DNA of 64,000 nucleotides from a virus: IMG/VR virus record IMGVR_UViG_3300028653_000010; one strand, 5' to 3'. Shown piece by piece: positions 9,601 to 18,460 of this stretch (position 1 is its first letter; each line of letters starts with the position of its first letter). The notes under the pieces were generated by a model. It saw only the letters and a program-made list of their open reading frames with translations, ran no database searches and was not told where the DNA came from. The position numbers and the translations under genes were made by a program.

Positions 9601-12600
9601 GGCTTCTGGTTTGGACGAGTGAGCATGTTGGGAATGAGCGAGGTCGAAGCCAGCTGGAAAGCGTTTGCACTCGTCAATGGACCTGGAGTGAACCCCTTGT
9701 CTGAGAACGAAGTGGCGGTTCCCCATGCATCCCCTTGGTACGGAGTCCTACTGTAGTTGATGAGTGCCGTATCAGACCCAGAGATAGGTCCTGGCAAGAT
9801 TGCATAGGGAGCTATCAGACTCCCCGGGGCTGTGCTCAGAGCAAGCTTGAATGGCTGAGTTAGATCGAATGAATTACGATCAAAGCCGAACACACAAGCT
9901 TCGATGACATAGTTCCCAGAGTCGAAGGTGGGGATCAGATTGGGGGACTTTGTTATGTCGATAGTATCGGCATTTAGGATGAAGGTACTGTCCCCATTGA
10001 CATCTTTTTCAATCCAGAATGTCGGCCCGTTGAAGTCACCGCGCAGTAGGTTGGTAGCTCCTGTACCAGTAAAGGTACGACCCCCACTCATAGTGAAAGA
10101 CGATCCGTGGGTCTTGTAGTCTTGAGCCTCATAGACAGCGAACAACCTTGCGATACCGTAGTAAGGAGGAAGTTCTAGGCCATGACGTCCCAACCCTCGT
10201 GCAGTTGAAAGCGCTCCGACTACCGTCGGGTCATCATTGAAGGTACGAATACCCGCATAATTAGAGGTATATGCAAAACTCCCGTAGTGCAGCAACCCGT
10301 TGTAATCTGCGGGCAACGAGGTTGACAGATTCAGGGTAGAGAATACAGCGGCTGTACCACCAATTGTGTAATTGATGTAGTTGTTGTTAAAGGATGTCCC
10401 AGTAGGAGTACTGCCTTCTTGGGACATCAGCATGAAGTTGATGCCTCGATGGAAGTTGCCACCTCCTGTGACCGGGATGATGGGTACTTCTACTGCACCC
10501 CACCCAGGAACCAAGTGTCGAGGAAGAATGACATACTGGGAGTGGTCAAAAAGACTCAACGGGTCAGGGTTATGCCCGTCAAGAACATGCATTATGCTAC
10601 CGGTAATCGGGGTAGGGATTGGGAACTGAATCGCTTGGAACGGAGAGATGACTACTGTCTTTGACCCAAGATCCGCATAAGCTTCAGCTGTTACTGGTAG
10701 AAGGCTCTTATAGGTGTCCCCTCTAAACTTGCTCCAAAGTGGAGCCCAAGCTGTTCGAAGTGAGAAAGTACCTGTTTGAGAGTACTCTGCCTGGTGGAGT
10801 AGCTGAGAGTTTGGATTCAACAAAGTGACGCTGTGAATTGAATCCGGGCGCCTGGATAAGCCCCTACCACCACCATACTGAATGTGCGTTGTGATATAGA
10901 GGTTTGCAGTACCGCTAGTCGGGAAAGCATTCCCCGAGTTGATAGTGATCACCAGATCGTCTGTCGGACCTGGATTAGGCGGAGTAACAGTGAAGTTGTG
11001 TTGTGCTAGTGGGGTTGCCTGTCCCTCGACACGAATCTGAAGTGCACCCACACCTTTTCGAATGACGTAGGTCGACAGGACCGCTGCCGGAATGGTTGCG
11101 GTTACGGTAAGGACAGTAGTCGTTACCTGGGTGATCGTATAAGACCCAGCTGCCGCGCCTGCAAAGATGACTAGCGTATCCCCAACTTCGACCCCATTGG
11201 TTACGTAATCACCAGAGGCATCGATGAACTGCAGTGTTCCAGAGGAAGTACCGGTTCCCGCTGCAGGCTGGTCGTTGAGGAATCTGATCTGGTCAGCATC
11301 CGGAACTGACACCCCAGTCTTGAACTGGGCTACTGGAATACTGATCCGGTCACCAATACTCCAAACGCCAGTTGAACCCTGAAATGAAATGCTAGATGTA
11401 ATCTGTAGACCCCAAATCTGGGTGCCATCCAGAGGGAAGCTTGGAGTTGAACTCCAAGTAGCTGGCTTGCAGATCACCTCGACTGGCTGCTGAACAGCAG
11501 CATCTGAGAAGATCATTCGAATAAGATCAGGGCCATCAAGTCCAGTAATACCCAGACTGATTGGAGGGGTTAAGCTGATCTTATCTTCATAGAGGAGGTA
11601 GATACCGCGCGGGTCGGTACCTGTCCTCTTCCAGTTTGCCCGTAGTTGCCCTCGTAGCAACTTATCCAGGTTCGACTTGAGCATGTTGTCGTAGTTGAAC
11701 CCAGCGGGGTTAACTGCGTGCCTCAAGTCGTGAATGTCGGTTCCTGTAACCTGATCCGAGTATAGCCCGTCAGGACGAGTCGATACCACCGTAATGGTCG
11801 CACCAGCCTTGTGAACTGCCGGTGCAGTTCCATTCGCCCCACGACCCGTTATGGTGATATTGGTACTAGAGATACCAGAATAGGTGATTAGTTCCTCGTC
11901 AATCCTGATCGTTACAGGAGAACTTGGAGCTAATGGAAGCGGGATACTTGAAGCTGAAACCAGAATTGCAGGAGAGGAGGATGCACTTAGGTCAGAAGCA
12001 AGAGTAGGTACTGTCGAGAATGTTAGAGTACCAGTACGATCAACGGCGGTAGGATTACGGTTGAAACCACCGTTGAGGTTCTGAGAAGGCTCACCTGTCC
12101 ACGAGATGGAATTGCGTCGGAAAACGATGCAAATAGGGATTGCGTAGACATAGCCGTCCACGGTACCTAGAACATTCGCAGTACCATCGCCAGCTCTCCA
12201 AAGACCTGGATCACCCAACTCCTCACGCATATTCGTGAAGGTGTAGCCACCCACAGAGGGTGGCGTAGCTTGAGCTCCTTGGGCTTTGACCACTGTTGGA
12301 TCAAAACCGTCAGGGTTGGTTCCGAGGTTAATGAGACCCTTGACGACTCGAATCCGATACTGCAGCTGAATGCGTTCGGTTGTCTCCTCACCAATCGCCG
12401 GATCAAGTAGGTCATCAGCAAGGTAGCTGAAGCCTCCTTCGATGTTGCCGTACTTGTAGATGGCGGACCCATTCGGCTTGTTGAGAGTCGACGGGTAGGG
12501 TCCAACCCGAGCTTTCCAGACCTCAAGGAACACAAAGTCAGGCCGAGCATCGCCAGTCAACCCCGGAGGTGGGTCAAGGAGAATCTTGTTCCAGGTGTCC

Positions 12601-12959
12601 ACATCATCCGGACTCCCTGGAGGGTCCCCAGTCTGAGTACCGGTGACAGGAACCAACCAACCATTGACGGCCGCCCACATGATGGACTGCTTGTCGCCAA
12701 CACGCTGTCGGCCAAACTTGAACCAGTTGGACCAAGTTGGATCAGTCTGATAGTCCTTTGAAGGGTTGATGTCGTTTCCGAACCAACCTGAGGGGGTCCC
12801 CAGCAAGACCTTCTGACGGTCCCAGCCAGCAGCCAAATCACCTACGAGGTTCCATTCGGAGTCGAGTGGCGGTAGACCCTCTTGCCACAGAACACTCAGG
12901 AATTGAGTAGTAGCTGGGTCAAGAACTCTGGAGACGCCCTCACCGTAATTATTCGACAT
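6636..12959 (-). CDS. Giant tail-fibre / baseplate-attached receptor-binding protein (2107 aa)
   Basis: N-terminal F.SVLWQEG.P.LDSEWN anchor-like motif typical of fibre N-termini, a beta-rich body, and C-terminal Gly-rich GNGGxVxIxGG repeats. Last gene of the tail module. Confidence 0.7.
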   Translation of the reverse strand: MSNNYGEGVSRVLDPATTQFLSVLWQEGLPPLDSEWNLVGDLAAGWDRQKVLLGTPSGWFGNDINPSKDYQTDPTWSNWFKFGRQRVGDKQSIMWAAVNGWLVPVTGTQTGDPPGSPDDVDTWNKILLDPPPGLTGDARPDFVFLEVWKARVGPYPSTLNKPNGSAIYKYGNIEGGFSYLADDLLDPAIGEETTERIQLQYRIRVVKGLINLGTNPDGFDPTVVKAQGAQATPPSVGGYTFTNMREELGDPGLWRAGDGTANVLGTVDGYVYAIPICIVFRRNSISWTGEPSQNLNGGFNRNPTAVDRTGTLTFSTVPTLASDLSASSSPAILVSASSIPLPLAPSSPVTIRIDEELITYSGISSTNITITGRGANGTAPAVHKAGATITVVSTRPDGLYSDQVTGTDIHDLRHAVNPAGFNYDNMLKSNLDKLLRGQLRANWKRTGTDPRGIYLLYEDKISLTPPISLGITGLDGPDLIRMIFSDAAVQQPVEVICKPATWSSTPSFPLDGTQIWGLQITSSISFQGSTGVWSIGDRISIPVAQFKTGVSVPDADQIRFLNDQPAAGTGTSSGTLQFIDASGDYVTNGVEVGDTLVIFAGAAAGSYTITQVTTTVLTVTATIPAAVLSTYVIRKGVGALQIRVEGQATPLAQHNFTVTPPNPGPTDDLVITINSGNAFPTSGTANLYITTHIQYGGGRGLSRRPDSIHSVTLLNPNSQLLHQAEYSQTGTFSLRTAWAPLWSKFRGDTYKSLLPVTAEAYADLGSKTVVISPFQAIQFPIPTPITGSIMHVLDGHNPDPLSLFDHSQYVILPRHLVPGWGAVEVPIIPVTGGGNFHRGINFMLMSQEGSTPTGTSFNNNYINYTIGGTAAVFSTLNLSTSLPADYNGLLHYGSFAYTSNYAGIRTFNDDPTVVGALSTARGLGRHGLELPPYYGIARLFAVYEAQDYKTHGSSFTMSGGRTFTGTGATNLLRGDFNGPTFWIEKDVNGDSTFILNADTIDITKSPNLIPTFDSGNYVIEACVFGFDRNSFDLTQPFKLALSTAPGSLIAPYAILPGPISGSDTALINYSRTPYQGDAWGTATSFSDKGFTPGPLTSANAFQLASTSLIPNMLTRPNQKPVEVLASIGFVTTLGTGRLSGDFSVANAYDIRNVGYEDPTDPSAPYPPLGPSNPRPLVKSGALGSLANYGDLEANPEYLGCTERLPLGALYRDKDFHGSRFSDELSSPFVYMDTAGVGSGVAGLARTLELDQTEVLAMPASVSAGVPGDVLVMVDGESSDYTQLLNYRTNRGGSAFVGSGDRPGGEIFATYSRLLGSGKGTRVLVGRAFLVRNAPTSVGSTEVSGGDELMMTIATQVMELGTTPIEAMILLGTNGSSEGYAAADTYRIEGHPLLSNHTFYDVDPSVIQLPLGKTIAQITAPSPTPAIPIGANDTVYASDGVRNFWTNIPTLTALVLIDNLLVAGNVVVSSNAITFTNASRISTSNLSSGTTSSLIVSTGDGTGTAGTGNLILTPGTSSGSGSAGGLVLTGGACTGSSGNGGGVTLAGGTTFNGNGGSVAIRGGTAGVSGNGGNVTISAGLGTITNGSVSVRIGPLVTVVSFTNTDLILGPDSAGDYGIHFTAETTNTTIDQADAVSGNGSTLTIKSQTAAPGNNDGGIIHIVAGHGTGSGRTGTVQISNGLRTNVLISATDIESTFFDHNITELGDPNAIDVYSLTFSSRVLAPKIGQKPVNGDGETLTIKSADVAAAFFGKGGDLGIFAGNATGDVSHQHQGGDIYLKAGKGSFARSGQVFLQVETGTTMSPSPVTVATINQAAVTVDVSALNFDPTVFHPVISQQDAVAGQDGTVLKVQAQKGDQAGGSSHNGGDLVLVSGAHGPSGGNAGAINLFLGSEAYPTLGADRTGLAFRGSSSGNNGIGIVDSTTDPPTMPLNCTSAIYAVGSPISSSTQLKYSDGSSVTRYLEGVSERVVVNSASIVNPITSANPVTSSSPVLLSAFAQSFAVEGGDILEGSVIVHLVAAASAGNAASFHLIIVDGVTPLDITSYQFPMDNGVDVYLTVPFSFTIPNVSSGTVEIKPEASVSGGSLDVTTPHTGGKWLFAKHVVGAAGT

Positions 12960-13024
12960 TCTCTACCTCTGGATCTAGATCCGTTCCACAGAGGAAGAGC
13001 TATCAAAACAACATTGGGGGGGTA

Positions 13025-13672
13025 TTAGAAAGTCAGCCGCCAAACAATAGTTAGGGTCGAGGTGGCAGGCTTGTTCTGAACTGGAAACGTAAGGTAGTTA
13101 GCCATCGTTTCCTTCTGGGTCAAATCAACTGTCGCGTCATACGGGCCATTTGGAGGTGAAACTGGGTTCCTAGTAGCCATGTTGGTTGAAATAGTCCCAC
13201 CTAGGATGCCCATCTCAACAAGAGGCCCTACCGCCTCTGATTCCGTGAAGGTGGTTACAAAGTCAACTACATTTGTCGGGACCGCTGTTGGGTTGCCAAG
13301 AGAATCCACGAAGTTAGACGAGGCAAACACCTTCCGTGTCAACTCAGCGAATAGAGCCCGTTGGGTTAGTGTAGCCGCCGGGGGCGCCATCGGATTCCAA
13401 CCAGTATCCCCGGTACCGATAGCCAAGCAGAGACCCCCATGCAACCCTGTCTCAGCATTGTTCTTGAAGAGACGCGCAACCAAGATCGAAGCATCTCGAA
13501 CTACAAGGTTGTCATAATGGCGTTGTTCTTGAATCTCTCCGGTCCTGCCATCCCGAAGGACCATGAAGACTTCACCCTTCTTGATGCAAGTCATCCTATC
13601 CTCATAGCGACAAGTCATCGCCATGGACACAGCTTCTCTAATCCGCTTGAATGTGTCGCTAACCTTGAACAT
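13025..13672 (-). CDS. Baseplate/tail-fibre attachment protein
   Basis: AIGTG...L..EL.RK...F.ESEAVGPLVEMGILGG...TFPV.NK.....LTI.W.LTF pattern, typical of fibre-anchoring (tail-collar-fibre N-terminal-like) proteins. Confidence 0.6.
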   Translation of the reverse strand: MFKVSDTFKRIREAVSMAMTCRYEDRMTCIKKGEVFMVLRDGRTGEIQEQRHYDNLVVRDASILVARLFKNNAETGLHGGLCLAIGTGDTGWNPMAPPAATLTQRALFAELTRKVFASSNFVDSLGNPTAVPTNVVDFVTTFTESEAVGPLVEMGILGGTISTNMATRNPVSPPNGPYDATVDLTQKETMANYLTFPVQNKPATSTLTIVWRLTF

Positions 13673-13685
13673 TACCTACTCCAAT

Positions 13686-16600
13686 CTATAAATCTAATCC
13701 GGAGTCCCCAGAGAAACTGATCGATAGGGACACTACAGGTGGGTCGAATACCATTGACACTTGGTCATCAGAGAAAGCAGACAGTAGGTCTGGCTCACCT
13801 GAAGATCTCTCGATTACCTCAAGCCTGTTGTACAGAACCCCATCCGGGACATTGAACCGTACCCTGAGAGAGGGTACATTACCAAGAGGACCAAAACCAA
13901 AGCCATCGACGCCCAGAGCCGCGCCACCAAACCCAGTAGCACCATAAGGTGGGAACGGGGGTATCGACTTCTTGCGAACGTCGTAAGTTTGAGTAGAGGG
14001 TACAAGAGGAGTTCCGTCATTCAACTGAGTGAAGGCGTGAACGTTGGGGTTGTTCACGTATTCCTCCCAAAGGTAAGGAACTCCAGTTGAGGCAGATGAG
14101 TACTGAGTATGGTTGTGGGCTACCTTCCCAAAGAGATGTTCCGGCGAACTCATGACATTCCGCTGGTTAGATACTTGGTGAGGAGGGACTGCCTTGACCT
14201 CGATGGGAGCCCGAGTGATCCCATACTGCAGGAACGACCAAGCAGTCTGAGACAAGTTAGTTGGGTCGAAGGCTCCCCAGGTTACTGAGGGCAGGCCTCG
14301 ATTGAACTGACCTGGAAGCCCGAGCGAGCTAGATGGGAGAGTCGTGTTGTTGTACTCAATCTGGATGATTGGAGTAGTACTCGAGTCAATAAACAACCCA
14401 ACGAACCCACCAGGGTCTCGAAGTAACTGATAGGTGTGATCCATCGTCCATTCTAATTGAGACGGAATCCTATACTCAACTATCGTGTGTCCAGGCTGAG
14501 GAAACTGATTTGTAAATGTGATAGTGTTAGTACTTACCAAGAATACTGAGTATACCCCTCGATTAGCTCCGAAATCTATGATGACGTCATCCCCACCTTG
14601 AACTCCAGAAGCGACAAAGTCCGCCAAGAGATCAGTGAGTTGATTACCAGCTGTCCTAGCTGAACCCTTAGCCTTAAGAGGCAGATAGTACCCAAGAAGG
14701 CTGTTTGAGTCAGCTCCCTTCCAAATACCAACGTAGTGCGATACTCCAGTGGGGTTTTGGGATCTCCAACCATTCACATAGTACCAATCCACCACGGAAA
14801 GAGATTGACTACTGCTAGCTGTCGAGGATCCGAACGAGAGTATCGGGGTTGATACTGGAGAGACCGTAGTGAACCCAGAGTATGCGAAGGAGCCAAGGAG
14901 CGTTCCATCAACGAATAGAATCACCAAGTCAGCTGCAGTGTTCTTGGCTACACGGTAGATATGTGGCTGATGGTCATCCCAATTGAAAGGAAATGATGCG
15001 AGTACAAGTCCATCCGAGTGGAGAGCTACCTCAGGGACTGGAGTCTTTCTTAGCATGACCCCAATAGTTTTGGTGCCATCATAGACGTCAGACGTCGCGC
15101 CACAGAATTGATCTGACGTCAAGTCAGGAGTTGAGGATAGAACAGCACACTTAAACTCGTAGTAGTAGTCAATTGATGCTGAAAAGATCCGATTAACAGA
15201 GGACGAGATCTCAAGATCATCTATGGCGAAGACACGCCCATCAACTAAACTATTGTCACTAATCCGGAGAGTGCGTCCGACCATAACCACTGGGGCTCCA
15301 CCAAGAGAAGTCCAAGAGCGTGGGGTTGCCTCTTGTGGAAGCGACCGACCTGGATAACTAACCTTCGGTTGTGGGGTTGTCGGGAAGAAGCAAACTTGAA
15401 CGAGACGATTCCCATCGTCTATCGCCACCATAACAGCGTTCGGAGTAATCCCATGGGTGAACGTTCGAAGGCTGACTTCGAAGTCAAGTACTGTATTGGA
15501 AGTTGTACCCAACAATGGCTCAATACGAGTGAACCCTTTGAAGTCACCACCGACTAGACCGACTTCCTGCGAGGTTGGTAGATCAGTCGCCGAGGTAGAG
15601 TCGAGTACCAATGCTCCACCGAGTAGGCTCTCGTTCCCATGGTACCCAACTGGAGTCCACGGAGGCGAGGCATCCTCTGGTAGCAGGGTCGGAATATAGG
15701 AAGCAAAGGATGACGGGACGCTTTGCTGAGGATTGGTGGGCAGGACTAAATAGTGAACGAAATCCCAAGCACTCCGGCTTGTAGCTCCTCTGCTCAAAGC
15801 TCCGAAGAATATGTTCTGAATCTCGTTGAAGGAGTCGTTCAGCTCCTCTAAGAATGGTAACTGGTCCTCGGATATAGCCAGGCTGGCCACAACCTCACCA
15901 TCGACATAGAACCTGACAACACCACTTGTATCCCGAAACAGGCGATAAGAGTGGAGGACAGACCAGTCGAAGGTAAATGGTAGCCCTGTCGGGTTGCCAA
16001 GACTATCGACCCCACCAGACCAAGCTGTAATAAGGGTTGGGTTGTTTCCATTACCTCTTGTGAGGAATCCAATCTTGCGCACCCCACCATCAAGCAAGTA
16101 CCCGAGGATCACAGCTCGATTACTATCGGACCACCCAGTGCAAAGCCCGGTGAAGACTCCGTCAGGGGTCGTAGCATCAACCCTCAAGCGCCAAGTCGTT
16201 GCATAGGCATGAGGGAAGGTCAGGTCAACACCACGGCTCCAATAGAATGGTTGCCCCTCAGGGAACGGCCCAATCGTGTTGCTGATGACGGTTAGGATGC
16301 CGCCGGTGACTGAAGCTGTTCCTGTACCAACTCGCTGCCACGGATTGGCGGAGTCAGCTTCAGGTAGTGAGTTAGCATCATAGGCTACGGATACCTGAGA
16401 TATCTGACGAGACAGAGGCGGGAACGCAACTCGATTCTTCGGAGTATTCAACAACAATGAAGTCGGGTCATTCGAGAGAGCAGTGTAGGCCCGCTCATAC
16501 GCCCGATAGAACAGCTCACGAAGTTTTGGCTGTGGCTTTGGGGCTCGAATGTCATCATCCGAGATCCTAGCCTGTGCACCCCTAGTTGATTGAATCGCGT

Positions 16601-17639
16601 TACGGTAGGGGAACACCCTAGTACCATTGACTCCGTTTTCCCTATTCCATCTATTTGACACGAACTCAAGAGAGTTCATCCGGCGGATCTCAACCGTGGG
16701 GTCATTGATCCATGAATAGTCAACTGAGATAGTAGAGCCAGGTAATGGGGGGTCAAGAAGAACGATCTGCCCAAGAAGTCCTACAACCCTATCGACTAGA
16801 ACCGGGTTACCGTTGACAATAACTGACACATCTGATGGCTCGTTAGCAATGAACCCATTTCTATGGTCAACTATTGACCATACATTAGAAATGATGTTGT
16901 TGCTTGGATCAGTCGCCGGAGCCCTAAAGCTGGCTTGAACCTTGACTCTGGTTGGGCTGATAACCGCTAGAATCTTGTAATCGCCACCGTTAACAGGGTC
17001 TACTGTCGAAGTAGCAGCCTCTAGCCTAAGATATAGGCCGACATGAGTTGAATCCAAGCTGGCCCCAGGAACAACTACCTCACTTGTAGTTACAGTTCCG
17101 AAGAATCGGACTGGAGTCGTCTGAACTGACCATTGACTACCAGACTGTACAATCAGCTCGGGTTTGGTAATCGGACCCTTATTAGTGAAGATGGATCGAT
17201 AGGGGTAAGGGATCAGAGCTTGGAAGGTAGCTGTGTTAGCCCCGAAGATGACAAGATCCAAGTCAGTAGAGTGAACAGCACCAGTGACAGTCACGATATA
17301 AGTACCAGCCACAATACCAGACACATACAAGGCCACAACTTTAGAGTCTGCCGTGAACACTCCGAGGATGGTCACAGCTGAAGGCCCAGAGAATGAGTAT
17401 GAGGCTGGGTCGAGTAAGACCGAATCAACCATCATATCTTTGCTGAACTTGACTAGTACGATGCTACTACTTAGAAGTAACTCTGCTGAATCAACAAATA
17501 GTGCTGAGGCTACTGCGTTGGCATGCAGGTTAGATGACCCTTGGAAGGTTATTGACAGAGTGGTAGCCGTTGCACCAACCCCCAAGAGGATATTGCCAGG
17601 CTGACTACTAGATGTTCCGAGTATTCCTGTAAAGGCCAT
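13686..17639 (-). CDS. Large beta-rich virion structural protein (1317 aa) with Ig-like and lectin/LamG-like repeats
   Basis: Repeated FDWS..HSYRL.R......FYVDG / FNWD....HIYRV.K......FVDG / LEWT..HTYQL.R......FID units; baseplate context. Confidence 0.55.
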   Translation of the reverse strand: MAFTGILGTSSSQPGNILLGVGATATTLSITFQGSSNLHANAVASALFVDSAELLLSSSIVLVKFSKDMMVDSVLLDPASYSFSGPSAVTILGVFTADSKVVALYVSGIVAGTYIVTVTGAVHSTDLDLVIFGANTATFQALIPYPYRSIFTNKGPITKPELIVQSGSQWSVQTTPVRFFGTVTTSEVVVPGASLDSTHVGLYLRLEAATSTVDPVNGGDYKILAVISPTRVKVQASFRAPATDPSNNIISNVWSIVDHRNGFIANEPSDVSVIVNGNPVLVDRVVGLLGQIVLLDPPLPGSTISVDYSWINDPTVEIRRMNSLEFVSNRWNRENGVNGTRVFPYRNAIQSTRGAQARISDDDIRAPKPQPKLRELFYRAYERAYTALSNDPTSLLLNTPKNRVAFPPLSRQISQVSVAYDANSLPEADSANPWQRVGTGTASVTGGILTVISNTIGPFPEGQPFYWSRGVDLTFPHAYATTWRLRVDATTPDGVFTGLCTGWSDSNRAVILGYLLDGGVRKIGFLTRGNGNNPTLITAWSGGVDSLGNPTGLPFTFDWSVLHSYRLFRDTSGVVRFYVDGEVVASLAISEDQLPFLEELNDSFNEIQNIFFGALSRGATSRSAWDFVHYLVLPTNPQQSVPSSFASYIPTLLPEDASPPWTPVGYHGNESLLGGALVLDSTSATDLPTSQEVGLVGGDFKGFTRIEPLLGTTSNTVLDFEVSLRTFTHGITPNAVMVAIDDGNRLVQVCFFPTTPQPKVSYPGRSLPQEATPRSWTSLGGAPVVMVGRTLRISDNSLVDGRVFAIDDLEISSSVNRIFSASIDYYYEFKCAVLSSTPDLTSDQFCGATSDVYDGTKTIGVMLRKTPVPEVALHSDGLVLASFPFNWDDHQPHIYRVAKNTAADLVILFVDGTLLGSFAYSGFTTVSPVSTPILSFGSSTASSSQSLSVVDWYYVNGWRSQNPTGVSHYVGIWKGADSNSLLGYYLPLKAKGSARTAGNQLTDLLADFVASGVQGGDDVIIDFGANRGVYSVFLVSTNTITFTNQFPQPGHTIVEYRIPSQLEWTMDHTYQLLRDPGGFVGLFIDSSTTPIIQIEYNNTTLPSSSLGLPGQFNRGLPSVTWGAFDPTNLSQTAWSFLQYGITRAPIEVKAVPPHQVSNQRNVMSSPEHLFGKVAHNHTQYSSASTGVPYLWEEYVNNPNVHAFTQLNDGTPLVPSTQTYDVRKKSIPPFPPYGATGFGGAALGVDGFGFGPLGNVPSLRVRFNVPDGVLYNRLEVIERSSGEPDLLSAFSDDQVSMVFDPPVVSLSISFSGDSGLDL

Positions 17640-17647
17640 CTGTCCTC

Positions 17648-18460
17648 TTAGAAGTCACCTGTGTGGTCTTCGCCTATCACGAGTTGATTGACCTTTCGAC
17701 CCAAGCGATCTTGATCTAGTAACCCATGTGAGTACACCCTAAAGTCATCGTAGTAGTAACTTGATAGACTACCCCTCGAAGCATCCAAGATCCCAAGCCC
17801 ACCATTTGGATTGTATTGATCAGTGAATACATACCGAATCTTGAATAAGGTGTGCGCGGGCCGAATGATATTCAATATGAGACGAACGTTGGCTTCGAGA
17901 GTGAAGGTGTCCGTTGGGAACCCAGTCACAGTGTCGGTAACGTCGACTTGAAACCCAAACTCATCGGAGATGTCAAAACCTGAGGCAGGTAACCTAGCCT
18001 GCAGGAAGTTCTCTGTGAAGGTCAGGGCACCAGTGAAGAACAACTGAACACCTTGAACCATTGCCTTGGGGATTGAACCCTCAAAGTAGATCCCGATCAC
18101 ATTGAGTAGAAACTGCCTGAACTGCTCATCATCATAGTTGGTCGTCGGCAAGTGACCATCCATGAAGACCATGTATCCGATCAGTGTATAGAGGAAATCA
18201 GTACGAGTTGTCTCAAAGTCTATGTCAAACTTGACATCCTCTAGCGCCAACTCCAAGCGAGCCAGCTCCAAAGCGACGGCCTTGACTTCAACTGAATAGT
18301 TTGGGCCTTCTATCGTCGAGATGTAGTTGCTAGGCAGAAGGTCGAGCAAATTCTTGAATATACTCTGAGTTCTTTGAATAAGGCGTAGGTTGTACTCCTT
18401 ACCATCTTGATCAACCGTATGGTTGAGCCGATCTGGGTCATTTACAAATCGATCAGCCAT
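17648..18460 (-). CDS. Baseplate wedge protein (P2 gpI / T4 gp7-like)
   Basis: Follows the baseplate J gene; C-terminal LNIIRPAHTLF motif; YDDEQFRQFLL. Confidence 0.65.
   Translation of the reverse strand: MADRFVNDPDRLNHTVDQDGKEYNLRLIQRTQSIFKNLLDLLPSNYISTIEGPNYSVEVKAVALELARLELALEDVKFDIDFETTRTDFLYTLIGYMVFMDGHLPTTNYDDEQFRQFLLNVIGIYFEGSIPKAMVQGVQLFFTGALTFTENFLQARLPASGFDISDEFGFQVDVTDTVTGFPTDTFTLEANVRLILNIIRPAHTLFKIRYVFTDQYNPNGGLGILDASRGSLSSYYYDDFRVYSHGLLDQDRLGRKVNQLVIGEDHTGDF

Noticed and set aside
6636-12959. Diversity-generating retroelement target in the fibre tip
   Set aside because: No reverse transcriptase and no TR/VR-like near-duplicate seen in the window.
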